From a virus (taxonomy: Duplodnaviria; Caudoviricetes): a DNA stretch of 64,000 nt. Both the position numbers and the translations under genes were made by a program. The stretch is from the IMG/VR virus record IMGVR_UViG_2843449061_000008, positions 24,102 to 88,101 of that record; one strand, given 5' to 3'. Shown here one piece after another: positions 1-9,248 of the stretch. A model generated the notes under the pieces. That model was not told the DNA's origin. It made no database searches and saw nothing but the letters and a program-made list of their open reading frames with translations. Within the stretch, counting starts at the first letter, position 1, and the number at the start of each line of letters is the position of its first letter.

Positions 1-2
1 AC

Positions 3-830
3 ACGCTCCGCTGGTGCACGCGCCAGATCAAGGTGGACCCGATGACCGCGGCCATCGAGCAGCAGCTCGCGGCCATTGACGGCACCTTCCTGATGATCAC
101 CGGCGTCCGCATGGGCGAGTCCGCCGCCCGCGACCAGCGGATCGCGCTGAGCTGCGGCAAGGACGGTGGGGAGTGCGGACAGGGCTGGTATCAGCAGGTG
201 CTGCCCAACGCCAAAGGCATCCGGGGCCGCATCGCCACGCTGGCTCCCTTGCTGCACTGGCGGGTCTGCCACGTCTGGGAGTGGCTGATGTTCGACGCCC
301 ACGCCGCCGGCTGGGCCACGGCCGACATCGCGGACGCCTATGGCGGAGACGAGGCGGAGGAGATCAACGCCCGGACCGGCTGTGTCGGCTGCCCGCTGGC
401 CCAGAGGGAGAAGGCGCTGGAGTCCATCCTGAAGGCGCCGAAGTGGGCCTATCTCGCGCCGTTGCAGGGGCTGAAGCCGCTTTACCGTGAGCTTCGCGAA
501 CCGCGCCATCGGCTGAAGAAGACCGGTCTGAACGCGGACGGCTCGCTGGCCCGCGCCAAGAACCGGCAGCGCATGGGACCGCTGACCTTCGAAGCCCGCC
601 TGATGGGGCTCGATCGGGTTCTGGGTATCCAAGCCGCCTGCAACGTCGAAGCGGCTCGGCTCGGCAGGCCGATTATCGACCTGCTGAACGCGGAGGAGGA
701 AGCCCGCATCCGCGAGCTGGTCGCCGCTGAGACTTGGCCGAACGGCTGGGAAGGCGACGAGCCGACCGGCGACGTTCCCCTCGACATGATCTACGGCGAC
801 GGCTCCGTGCAGCCGCTGCTGGTGAGGTGA
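3..830 (+). CDS. PAPS-reductase-family (DndC/CysH-like) protein, 5' end outside the window
   Basis: Frame is open from base 3 (TLRWCTRQIKVDPM). Motifs RWCT..IK, TGVRMGESAARD and RTGCVGCP are typical of phage PAPS-reductase-like proteins. Confidence 0.75.
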   Translation, partial: TLRWCTRQIKVDPMTAAIEQQLAAIDGTFLMITGVRMGESAARDQRIALSCGKDGGECGQGWYQQVLPNAKGIRGRIATLAPLLHWRVCHVWEWLMFDAHAAGWATADIADAYGGDEAEEINARTGCVGCPLAQREKALESILKAPKWAYLAPLQGLKPLYRELREPRHRLKKTGLNADGSLARAKNRQRMGPLTFEARLMGLDRVLGIQAACNVEAARLGRPIIDLLNAEEEARIRELVAAETWPNGWEGDEPTGDVPLDMIYGDGSVQPLLVR

Positions 831-833
831 GCC

Positions 834-1334
834 ATGACCGCGCTGACCCGCAACATCTCCATCCGCGCACTGGCCCGTGACGACGTGCCGGAGGTGATCG
901 ACCTCCTCCAGTCCTGCCACCGCCGGCCGGACGGCACAGTGCCCCCGCGCTACTGCGAATCGGCCCTACGCAGGATGCTCTACGACGCCACCGCGGCCAT
1001 CTGCCCGCACGGCTCCAATGTGCTGGTGGCGTTGGTCGACGGCGACATCGTCGGCGTGGTGGCCTACCGCTCCGCCTTCATCTCAGCGCTGGGCTGGGAG
1101 ATCGCCTATTGGGGCACGTCGCCCCGTCACCAGGGGCACGGGGTTGGTGGGCGCCTCCTCGATGCGGCGCTCACGCAGATCCGTCACGGCGCCGCACCTG
1201 ATCACTTCGTGCTGGTCCGCACCGCCCATCCAGCCGCCTTCGCGCGGCGTGGGTTCCACCCGCTGCCCGAAGATGCGGCCCTGATGCGGGCGCAGGTCCG
1301 GGGATTGCGACTGGCCGCGCTGGAGAGTGCGTGA
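834..1334 (+). CDS. GNAT-family N-acetyltransferase
   Basis: Acetyl-CoA binding motif SPRHQGHGVGGRLL; 166 aa; starts 3 bp after the upstream stop. Confidence 0.75.
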   Translation: MTALTRNISIRALARDDVPEVIDLLQSCHRRPDGTVPPRYCESALRRMLYDATAAICPHGSNVLVALVDGDIVGVVAYRSAFISALGWEIAYWGTSPRHQGHGVGGRLLDAALTQIRHGAAPDHFVLVRTAHPAAFARRGFHPLPEDAALMRAQVRGLRLAALESA

Positions 1335-1585
1335 TGCCGGGGCGCCGCTACTTCCCGTGCCCTCGCTGGACGGCTGGCCAAAAGCGCCGCGCCGAGCGGG
1401 ATCACCTCGCCGGCAAGGTCGAAGCCGTCACGGCGCCGACCATCGGGCGGAGCGTCGCCGCGGTGCGGACGAAGATTGCCCGCATGGGCTTGCCCAAGGC
1501 GCCGGCCGACAGCCGCCAAGGCTTGCTGATCGCCGACGGCGGCCCGGCCAGCCCCTCGACCTCAACCCCTGAGAGGCGGTCATGA
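1331..1585 (+). CDS. Small putative DNA-binding protein (GcrA/Myb-like HTH)
   Basis: WT...IGRSVAAVRTKIARMGL pattern; overlaps both neighbours by 4 bp. Confidence 0.45.
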   Translation: MMPGRRYFPCPRWTAGQKRRAERDHLAGKVEAVTAPTIGRSVAAVRTKIARMGLPKAPADSRQGLLIADGGPASPSTSTPERRS

Positions 1586-2574
1586 ACACGCCTTCGCAGC
1601 CTCATCCTCTTGTACCATCGGACGTCGACCTGCGGGACTTCCCGCACACGCCCTTGTTCCGGCATGCGCTGTTCAGCTCGACCTTCCACGCCCATGCCAC
1701 CGCCGAGGAATGGCGGGCCGGGGTCACGCTCTGGCTGAAGTCCTGGGATCAGGTGCCGGCGGGGACCCTGCCTGCAAACGACGTCGACCTCTGCCGCCTC
1801 GCTGAACTTGGCCGCGATATGCGGACGTGGCTGGAGGTGCGGGAGATGGCGCTGCACGGGTGGTTTCTGTGTTCCGACGGTCGCCTTCACCACCGCATAG
1901 TGGCTGAGGGAGTCTTGCACGCGTGGAAAAGGAAGCTGGAGCAGCGGTGGAAAACCGTGTGCTCCAGCATCCGCAAAGCGAACCAGCGGGCCGAAAAGCG
2001 TGGCCTGCCGAAGCAAGATCTGCCGACCTTCGAAGAGTTCTTGGCCCAGCGGGATGCCGATTCCCGCGCTCGCGCTCAACATCAGCCCGATCATGCCGTT
2101 GATCTGGCTGATGCTGCCGTGCCGTCGGCGGATGAGGTGGACGAGCTGCATCAGGACGAGGCCGAAGACGACGGCCGGGACGAACCGTTGAGCCCTGAGG
2201 ACAAGGGGGCGCCCCCGACCAAGCCGAAAGCGGAGCACGTCCGCATCGGCGAGAAGGTCGCCAAGGTTATGGGCGTTGACAACGATCCGAACTGGTTCGG
2301 CGACTTCGGCCTGATCATCGCTTGGCTGAAGCAGGGGGCCGACGAGGGCCTGATCATAAACGAGGTGACGCGGATCATGGCCGGCTGGAGGGGGCAAGGG
2401 CCGCCGGGGTCGCTTGTCTACTTTGACAAACCAATTGTCCGGGCCATTGCCACCCGCAACCGAACGCTCCCCGAGATATCCGATGTCCAACGATCTGGTT
2501 CCGACCGCCGCCGCCAATCTCACAACCGATTTGAGGCCATCGTTGAGCGGGACCTTGCGGGAGGCTCTGGCTGA
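1582..2574 (+). CDS. Phage replication initiator-like protein (DUF1376/YdaU family)
   Basis: N-terminal PLVPSDVDLRDF...LWLKSWDQVPAGTLP.ND..LCRLA...W..C.DGRL.H matches the DUF1376 pattern; lies in the replication module. Confidence 0.75.
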   Translation: MNTPSQPHPLVPSDVDLRDFPHTPLFRHALFSSTFHAHATAEEWRAGVTLWLKSWDQVPAGTLPANDVDLCRLAELGRDMRTWLEVREMALHGWFLCSDGRLHHRIVAEGVLHAWKRKLEQRWKTVCSSIRKANQRAEKRGLPKQDLPTFEEFLAQRDADSRARAQHQPDHAVDLADAAVPSADEVDELHQDEAEDDGRDEPLSPEDKGAPPTKPKAEHVRIGEKVAKVMGVDNDPNWFGDFGLIIAWLKQGADEGLIINEVTRIMAGWRGQGPPGSLVYFDKPIVRAIATRNRTLPEISDVQRSGSDRRRQSHNRFEAIVERDLAGGSG

Positions 2575-3181
2575 CCAGCAGGACGGTGCGATGGTCGATG
2601 GGGTGTGGGTGATGCGCCTTACCGACTGGAAGCCACCCGCGGTCATCCCCCTGGAGACGCAGCAGCAGGCCGTTGCCGCTGTGGCGTGGCTCCGCGACCG
2701 GTCAGCGCCGGTGCCTGTGCATGTCGCCGAGCGGTGGGTTGCCCACCTCGCGAAGCGCATGGCTGGGGAAATGCCGTCTGAGACGAAGCTGGCCACCGCC
2801 GTGACGGACATCGTCGAGGAGGGCTATCCGGCGGCCATGTTCCAAGACCTGGAGATGCTCCGCCGCGTCGCCCGCCAGTTCAAATGGTTCCCCGGCTGGG
2901 CCGAACTCGCCCCGGCGCTGGATGCCGAACGCGACCGTCTGCGGCAGACCTTCGAGCGGCTGGCCGTGATCGCCCGCGGGGGAGACGTGCGCCGCCGGCC
3001 TGGCAATCAGAACCGTCGGCAGCAGGATGACAGCCCGGCAGGCCCGCGCTCCATGAGCGAAAGCACGGAACGGCTCATGGAGGAGTTCTGGGCAAAGAAT
3101 GGCGGGCGCCCGGTGCGTCGGAAACCGGACGAAACCTTCACCAACGAGCAAGACGACACCCACGTGGGGAACGCGCGATGA
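2483..3181 (+). CDS. Hypothetical replication-module protein (possible helicase loader)
   Basis: ATG at 2483 in the 2414 frame; 232 aa; directly follows the initiator and overlaps the next gene by 4 bp. Confidence 0.5.
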   Translation: MSNDLVPTAAANLTTDLRPSLSGTLREALADQQDGAMVDGVWVMRLTDWKPPAVIPLETQQQAVAAVAWLRDRSAPVPVHVAERWVAHLAKRMAGEMPSETKLATAVTDIVEEGYPAAMFQDLEMLRRVARQFKWFPGWAELAPALDAERDRLRQTFERLAVIARGGDVRRRPGNQNRRQQDDSPAGPRSMSESTERLMEEFWAKNGGRPVRRKPDETFTNEQDDTHVGNAR

Positions 3182-4176
3182 GCAAGAAGAAGACCAAAGC
3201 CCGCGTGCGCGATGCCCAGGCTGCCGCTCCAACTGGCCTGTCGGTCCCAGCGTTTTGGACCGCCGCCCCGGACCGACTGTCGAAGAACCTGAATGTGCCC
3301 GGCGTCTACACGTTCCGCGGCCCAGTTGACGGGCGCGAGACCGTTCGCCATTTCCGCGTCTCGCAGGTCGCTGGCGGTCTGCTGCTGACGGATGCGACCG
3401 AAGCGGTGGCGCTGGAGCTGGTCGAGCAGGCCCGCCAGAAGGTGGACGCGTCTGCAGCCGCTGAACGCGCCCGCGTCGCCCTTATCGGCGCCCGAAGCCC
3501 GAACGAGATCCGCGCCGCCCGAGGTGACGTGGTGGCTGAGCAGACCATGAAAGCCGGTGTGACCCGCGGCCGGGCGCTGACCTCGCTCGGCACCCTCCAG
3601 CAGCGCCACCTGCTGACCATGCGCCAGTTCGAGGCGGGCGACCGGCTGGCGCAGGACGTCAAGACGGTGGCTGGGGCGCGGGAGGCGCGGGATGATGCGG
3701 CGCCGGAATACTCTCCAATCGGCGGCAGGGCATGGGAGGATTTCGCCGTCGCCGCGGGCCGGAACCTGGAGCTGGTCAAGCGGGCGTGCAGTGACTTGCC
3801 TTGGTACGACGGCATAAGCCTGTGGACCATCGTGGAGGACATCGTGATCCACGAGAAAACCATGCGCGAAGCAGCAGGTGGTCGGTCTGCTGCTCAACAG
3901 GCCCGAGCAAAGACAGCGCTTCGCATCGCCCTAGATGTCGTGGGTGACGTTTACGAACTGCCCTACGAACTCCACCGCACAAACGTCCTATTCAACGGCG
4001 TCCCCGTCGAGATGCGCTATTGCGAAGACATCGACGGTCTCGACGAGGCAGGGGAGCCGAGGATCATCCCGCGCGCAATCAAGCTGCGAGGCAAGCGGTG
4101 GGTGGAGACGGCGCCCACGATGCCGAAGCTCTACGATCGAGCAAAGAAGTTCTTGGCCGCTGAAACGAATTTTTGA
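3178..4176 (+). CDS. Putative late-gene regulator (DUF6456-like, in the Q-antiterminator position)
   Basis: L..L..R..LT.RQFEAGDRL pattern; last gene of the rightward early operon. Confidence 0.45.
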   Translation: MSKKKTKARVRDAQAAAPTGLSVPAFWTAAPDRLSKNLNVPGVYTFRGPVDGRETVRHFRVSQVAGGLLLTDATEAVALELVEQARQKVDASAAAERARVALIGARSPNEIRAARGDVVAEQTMKAGVTRGRALTSLGTLQQRHLLTMRQFEAGDRLAQDVKTVAGAREARDDAAPEYSPIGGRAWEDFAVAAGRNLELVKRACSDLPWYDGISLWTIVEDIVIHEKTMREAAGGRSAAQQARAKTALRIALDVVGDVYELPYELHRTNVLFNGVPVEMRYCEDIDGLDEAGEPRIIPRAIKLRGKRWVETAPTMPKLYDRAKKFLAAETNF

Positions 4177-4180
4177 TTCC

Positions 4181-4198
4181 TAAAAACCCTCTCCAGGG
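4181..4198 (-). terminator. Intrinsic terminator-like hairpin; also copy 1 of the CAAAAA-N8-GGGG motif
   Basis: ACCCT-ctcc-AGGGT stem with an A5 run on the + strand, lying between convergent genes. Confidence 0.5.
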
Positions 4199-4232
4199 TG
4201 GCCCAATAGCCGGGCTGGGGAGGGTGCCACAT

Positions 4233-4754
4233 TTATGGCTGAGCTGGTGTCCATGCCCGCAGCCGACGAACCGTGACCGCTGCCACGTCGAGAATAGTGG
4301 CGATTTCCGCCATGGTGGCGGTGGAGCGCAGCAGGTCCGAGACCTCCGGCGCTCGCCACCAGAACGCTGGCCGCTGTGTCGGACCGAGAATGCGAAGCCG
4401 GGCAACCGCAGCGGTGTGTTCCTTTACGTCGTGCGCGGCCGCGAACTCCGCCGCCGTTAGCCGGATCAGGTCGTCAATCCGCTCGTCCCACCACGCGGCA
4501 TTGTCGATGTACCGGTGGTGCCCTAACAGCCGGCGGATACGCTTGATGGCAGTGCCGCCGATGGGCAAGGTGAGGGTTGATGGAGCCTGTCGGTGACGCT
4601 CGAAATGCGCGGCAAGGCCAGCGGTGACGATGATAGTCTTCCCGTGCCGTTGGCCCTTGGGGCGTCCAAGCAGGACGTCAAACCCGTGGGCGGTTTCCCG
4701 CCGCTCTTCCACCTGCCAGCGGTCGCCCCATATGTCCTCCATTTCCAGCGTCAC
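4233..4754 (-). CDS. Hypothetical protein with a possible C-terminal HTH
   Basis: 173-aa ORF with protein-like composition; C-terminal TMAEIATILDVAAVTVRRLR. Confidence 0.6.
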   Translation of the reverse strand: MTLEMEDIWGDRWQVEERRETAHGFDVLLGRPKGQRHGKTIIVTAGLAAHFERHRQAPSTLTLPIGGTAIKRIRRLLGHHRYIDNAAWWDERIDDLIRLTAAEFAAAHDVKEHTAAVARLRILGPTQRPAFWWRAPEVSDLLRSTATMAEIATILDVAAVTVRRLRAWTPAQP

Positions 4755-4826
4755 ACTTGTGGCCTTCTATGCCTTGGCACCTGAGATCACGTCATCGGCG
4801 AACCAAAAAGCCGCTCTGGGGAGGGG

Positions 4827-5198
4827 TCAGTTCGTTGCTATTCCAACCAGCAACTGCACGACTTTTTTCGGTATCGGTCGATGGCTGGGCTCCTCCGGAT
4901 GTGCCCAGCGTCGGGTGTCCGATCGGGTGTAGCTGGTTCCCAGCTTCTCGTTCAGCCAGTTGGCGGCGGCTTGCCAACCTCCAACACCATCGGCCCAAGC
5001 TGTATAATCTTCGGTCGATAGGGCGAGCTTTGGTGGGCTGACAGCCGCCTGGATATTGGGATCGCCGGCCTCAACCGCCCCTGCCTCCGCCACGACAACA
5101 GCGATCACGGCCACACCATCAGCCGTAAGGACTGGGGCTGGCAGGCCGGCGCGCTTGGCGCGGGTGGAGAGTTCGGCAAAGGTCATCGTCTCTGGCAT
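4827..5198 (-). CDS. Hypothetical protein with an HTH-like C-terminus
   Basis: 123 aa; AANWLNEKLGTSYTRSDTRRWAHP...RPIP resembles a short HTH. Confidence 0.55.
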   Translation of the reverse strand: MPETMTFAELSTRAKRAGLPAPVLTADGVAVIAVVVAEAGAVEAGDPNIQAAVSPPKLALSTEDYTAWADGVGGWQAAANWLNEKLGTSYTRSDTRRWAHPEEPSHRPIPKKVVQLLVGIATN

Positions 5199-5262
5199 GG
5201 CAAAACCCTAGTATGGCGGGATGTATGGCGCAAGCGCGGGGAGCGTGCCATGCCAAAAACCC

Positions 5263-5751
5263 TCAGCGGGGATGCGCTCGCTTGATGGCGTAGACGCTCC
5301 AGATCAGCGACGCTGCAGCCTTGATGGTGTAGGCCGCCTCCTCGTCCGAGCCCAGCGCGAAGTGATCCAGGTTTGACAGACGGAAGGCTTTTCCCCCAAC
5401 GGCGATGAACACGGATTCCGCATCCCGCCACCCGGCGATATCCAGGCCTGGGGCTGTAATCCTCAATGCGTCTGTCGGGATTGCGACATCGGACGGCTGG
5501 CCATTGCCTGCAGCCCGAAACCGCGCGTCATCCCGCATCCTCTCCGCGAAGCCGCCGCGAAGGATGGAGAGTGCCAAGTCGGCTGCCTGCTGCAGCGCCC
5601 CGGCATCATCCCCAGCGTCGTTGACGATCCTGGGGAAGACGTCTCCATAGGGACCGGACTTTCGGCCCGCCTCGCACATTGGGAGTCCGCCCTGAACCCA
5701 GAACGAAACCTCGGCGCACTTCGGCAGGTTCAGATAGGAGACGTGGGCCAT
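5263..5751 (-). CDS. Hypothetical protein (162 aa, start MAHVSY)
   Basis: Protein-like part of the 5263..5847 ORF. The upstream part overlaps the repeated boundary motifs, so the start is estimated. Confidence 0.5.
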   Translation of the reverse strand: MAHVSYLNLPKCAEVSFWVQGGLPMCEAGRKSGPYGDVFPRIVNDAGDDAGALQQAADLALSILRGGFAERMRDDARFRAAGNGQPSDVAIPTDALRITAPGLDIAGWRDAESVFIAVGGKAFRLSNLDHFALGSDEEAAYTIKAAASLIWSVYAIKRAHPR

Positions 5752-5865
5752 TTGGTGTGTCCATGCTGAGGGGGATGAGGACGTCAGTAGAGGGCCGGCG
5801 GGGGCTTGTCCATTCTCCAAAAAGCCCCGCCGGGGATGTCCGCCCAAAAACCCCTCTGGGGGTGC

Positions 5866-7884
5866 TCAGGCGTCGATGACGACGATCCTGGTGGCCACGC
5901 CGGTCCCGCTTTCCTGGAACGAACCGGCCGGCAGCCGTTCCGAAGTGCCGCCGACGCCGTCCAGCCAAGTCCGGAACTCCTCCGCCTTCCGATCGGAGCG
6001 GAAGAAGGGGCTTTCCGCCATGATGGCCACCAGACGGCCGCCGGGCTTCAGCATGCCGAAGGCGCGCCGAACATGGTCGGTATCCGCCAAGCCTTCAAAG
6101 GGCGGGTTCATGCCGATACGGTCGTAAAGCCCCACATGGTCGAAGAAGTCCCGCCCGGCAACGGTGTAGCCTTTCGCCTGCAGCAAGCCGCACAAGGTGC
6201 CGTTGATCTCCAGGACAGTAACGCCGTCCCTCCCGACGGTCTCGGCCATGGCGTCGGCGATATCACCCGCTCCGGCGGATGGTTCCAGAACCGAATGACC
6301 GGGCTGCAGGTCGAGCAGGTCCACGACGCGCCGCGCCAGGTCGGCGGGGGTACGGAAAAAACCGGGGATCTTGCGTCCCACGAGATCCCGCAAAGCGGCT
6401 TTGATCGGGTCGGCCTTCGGCGCCTCGCTGGAGAGTTCCACGAACCGCGCCGCCGCTTGCCGCAGCTGGCCCGTGGTCAAGATCCCCATGGCGCGCAAGC
6501 GGTGGCCGTCGTCATCCTTCGGGAAGTCGATATGGATCAGGTCGGCCTCGCTGGCCTTCCGGCCCTTCCGGTCAAGCTGTTCCGAGTAGCTGAGACCGGA
6601 GTCCGCCTTGTAACGGGCGCGGCGAATGAGCGAGCGGAACAGCTCGGCTTGCTTGGCCGTGCTCAGCTTGGCCAGGAGACCGGCGGTTCCATCCTTCTGC
6701 GCCTCGCCGATGGCGCGAAGGGTGCGCGCCAAAGTGATTTGGCTTTGCGCGTCCGCTTCCACGCTGGCCGCGATGCTGACGCGCCGCGGCGTGTTGGTCA
6801 GGCGATCGCGGGATAGAATCCCCTGCGCGCGCGCCTCGATCCGATCCGCGATGGCGAACAGCTTGGATTGATTCCCAAAAACCTCCGGAGGGGGTGCCGC
6901 ATTCGTGGATTCCTCCGCGCTGTTGTGCCCGTCACTCTCCGGCTTGCCGTTGCCGGGTCCGTCATCCGGGCCGGCCGGCGGGGTGTCAAAACCGCACAAC
7001 AGATCAGCCAGGGAGGCGCGCGCCTCGCTTTCACGGGACGTCGGGAAGATCCATCCGACGGCTTGGCGATGCCAGAACGGGGCAAGCCCGGAAACCGCGG
7101 ACTTGATCCGGTCCTTATGGGCCAGGGTCTCTCCCTTCACGATAATGGACTTTTCCGAGTAGGACTCAATCCGGAGCGCCGCGGCCCCAGTGGTAACCTC
7201 GGGTGCGCTGGCCTCGACAACCGCCGGCCCGTTGACCGTCGCGCGGACTTCGGTGCACACCTCGGCATGCGCCTCCTCCAGCGCCTCGGCCCGGACTTCG
7301 GTGCGCCGATTGGCGACGCGCGCGGGCTTGCCCATGATCCCTTTGGGCTTGATCGTGACGGACCGCGGAACGGACAAGATCCATTCCTTGTGCGCACGCT
7401 CCAGTTCGAGCGAAAAACGGATGTGCAGGTAATAGTTCGTGTCGAAATAGTCAGTCATGGAGTCGGACTTGTCGTAGCGCCACTGCGATGCGATCGTCTC
7501 CAAGATGTCGCGCAGAGCTTGCGCGGCGTCCGTCCGCCACTCCTTCGCCTCGAATGGCGCGTCATAAGCCGGGACACTGTGCGGGTTGTCCTCTTGCCAA
7601 CGGACATTCTCCGGGTTCGGGATCAAGAATGGCACCGCCTGGATTTCCACCGTCACGGAACCGGCGTGCGGTGACCGGACGGAGACCTTGACGCTTTGCG
7701 GAATCGTTCCGGCCTTCTCCGCTTCTTTGAAAGCCGCGCGAATCAGTTTGTTCCGGTCCGCGTCGCGCATGTGGCGGCCGTCGCGCTCCATGAGCCCTCC
7801 GAACGGGAAAAGGCTCTGCAGCGCGTCTGCGCGGTCATGCTTGGACAGAGCGACCAGATCAGCAAATTTCACGGTGCTGCGCAT
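5866..7884 (-). CDS. Polyvalent protein: LPD29-like N-terminal domain, small alpha/beta domain and C-terminal N6-adenine DNA methyltransferase
   Basis: KVSVRS...SDSMTDYFDTNYY at the N-terminus; YSEKSIIVKGET...GWIF in the middle; FFRTP, VLEPSAGAG (motif I) and GMNPPF (motif IV) at the C-terminus. Start ATG at 7884. Confidence 0.75.
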   Translation of the reverse strand: MRSTVKFADLVALSKHDRADALQSLFPFGGLMERDGRHMRDADRNKLIRAAFKEAEKAGTIPQSVKVSVRSPHAGSVTVEIQAVPFLIPNPENVRWQEDNPHSVPAYDAPFEAKEWRTDAAQALRDILETIASQWRYDKSDSMTDYFDTNYYLHIRFSLELERAHKEWILSVPRSVTIKPKGIMGKPARVANRRTEVRAEALEEAHAEVCTEVRATVNGPAVVEASAPEVTTGAAALRIESYSEKSIIVKGETLAHKDRIKSAVSGLAPFWHRQAVGWIFPTSRESEARASLADLLCGFDTPPAGPDDGPGNGKPESDGHNSAEESTNAAPPPEVFGNQSKLFAIADRIEARAQGILSRDRLTNTPRRVSIAASVEADAQSQITLARTLRAIGEAQKDGTAGLLAKLSTAKQAELFRSLIRRARYKADSGLSYSEQLDRKGRKASEADLIHIDFPKDDDGHRLRAMGILTTGQLRQAAARFVELSSEAPKADPIKAALRDLVGRKIPGFFRTPADLARRVVDLLDLQPGHSVLEPSAGAGDIADAMAETVGRDGVTVLEINGTLCGLLQAKGYTVAGRDFFDHVGLYDRIGMNPPFEGLADTDHVRRAFGMLKPGGRLVAIMAESPFFRSDRKAEEFRTWLDGVGGTSERLPAGSFQESGTGVATRIVVIDA

Positions 7885-8099
7885 CGGACAGACTCCGGGT
7901 GTTAGGCAGCCGCAGGGCGGCGCCATCGATCGAAGGGGATGGGGTGCAAAAAGCCGCGCTGGGGTGGGGTACCCAAAAAGCCGCGGCAGGGGGAGAGGCC
8001 CAGGGTTGCCACGCTGTCCGGAAGGGCCGGGCGGCTTGGAAACCCCGCGCGAAGCGGGGTGCTTTCAATCCACGCCCCTGAAGGGGCGACGCGCCAATG

Positions 8100-8393
8100 T
8101 TACTCTTCGCCTTCGGTCACCTCCTCCCCATCGGCGTCAATCACGCGACCATCCTCCAGCGTAATCGTGCGGCTTTCCTCGCTCCAGTCACCCCAATCGC
8201 TGTCGCCGCCGTAGCAAACCGCAGCGCGCTTTTGCTCGGGCCACACGGTGATCTGACCGCGCTGCCCCCCGCCATAGGTGATGCCCCAGGTCTCGCACCC
8301 GACCTCGATCTCGGCAGCATGATCGCAGGGGAGCAGTTCCCGGACGGTTTCGATGTTCTCGGCGGTGACGGTGGTCGGATAGAGCAGGTTCAT
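8100..8393 (-). CDS. Hypothetical acidic protein (97 aa)
   Basis: GGAG RBS upstream of MNLLYP; protein-like composition. Confidence 0.6.
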   Translation of the reverse strand: MNLLYPTTVTAENIETVRELLPCDHAAEIEVGCETWGITYGGGQRGQITVWPEQKRAAVCYGGDSDWGDWSEESRTITLEDGRVIDADGEEVTEGEE

Positions 8394-8526
8394 GGCTGGC
8401 TCCATTGTTTTGCCGCATCGAGCGGCGGTTGAATGTTAGTGCCGGACAGGTCGCGTGTCCCGATCCGGTTTCCGAGCGGCCCGGCATAACGTCCGAGCTG
8501 CTGGGGAACCGGCCCGAGGGCCGGGG

Positions 8527-8709
8527 TTAGGGGGAAGGTGAGGAAGGGCCGGACGCTTCAGCAATGACGGCGCGCGCCTCCATCACCACGTCATGGAACC
8601 CGTTCTCCGGATCTTCGAACGGCACGCCCAGGTCAACGAAGCCTTCCACTTGGTCGAGAAGGGCTGAGAGGGCAGAAAGAAGGCGGGTGGAGTGGGATTG
8701 CTGCATCAT
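8527..8709 (-). CDS. Small hypothetical protein (60 aa)
   Basis: MMQQSH start 5 bp after the upstream stop; amphipathic helix LLSALSALLDQVE...VMEARAVIAEA. Confidence 0.5.
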   Translation of the reverse strand: MMQQSHSTRLLSALSALLDQVEGFVDLGVPFEDPENGFHDVVMEARAVIAEASGPSSPSP

Positions 8710-8713
8710 GGCT

Positions 8714-9199
8714 TCAACCCCTGTAGGCACGGCGGGACTCGCCTTGCGCCTCGCGCGCCACGTCATATGCGTTAGCCAGGGCGATACGCTCTGCTCGGAT
8801 GCCGGGTTCGGTCTCAGCATCACAACGGATCGTCGGCCGGTAGCTGCCTTCCGGGCCGATCAACTCGGAGAAACCTTCATAGCAGGTGTGGTTGCGCGTC
8901 AGCGCATCGAGGGTTTCCAGCGTCACCATGCAGCGCGCCGTAACGGTGGCGATAACCGGATCGGTGGCATAGTGCGCGTGCAGCTGCTCCAGCCACTGAG
9001 CATCACGCGCCGCCGCCCCAGGCACGGCGCTACGGGAGGATGCTGTTTCGCTGGCCATCATCTCCGCGGCAATTTTGGCGGGATGCTTCCGGGCGCGTGT
9101 GGCGTGCGTGCTGGTCGGGAAGGCGTAAGACGTCAAGCCGGTCTCGGTATCGCCAGCGAGAAAGCCGCCTTCTGGCGTGCGCATGAACAGGATGGCCAT
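8714..9199 (-). CDS. Hypothetical protein (161 aa)
   Basis: GGAGA RBS; first substantial gene of the leftward cluster. Confidence 0.6.
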   Translation of the reverse strand: MAILFMRTPEGGFLAGDTETGLTSYAFPTSTHATRARKHPAKIAAEMMASETASSRSAVPGAAARDAQWLEQLHAHYATDPVIATVTARCMVTLETLDALTRNHTCYEGFSELIGPEGSYRPTIRCDAETEPGIRAERIALANAYDVAREAQGESRRAYRG

Positions 9200-9248
9200 T
9201 GCCAGATCTCCGCTTAGCGGCGGGTGCCGCGTTGTTCATGTCTCGAAT

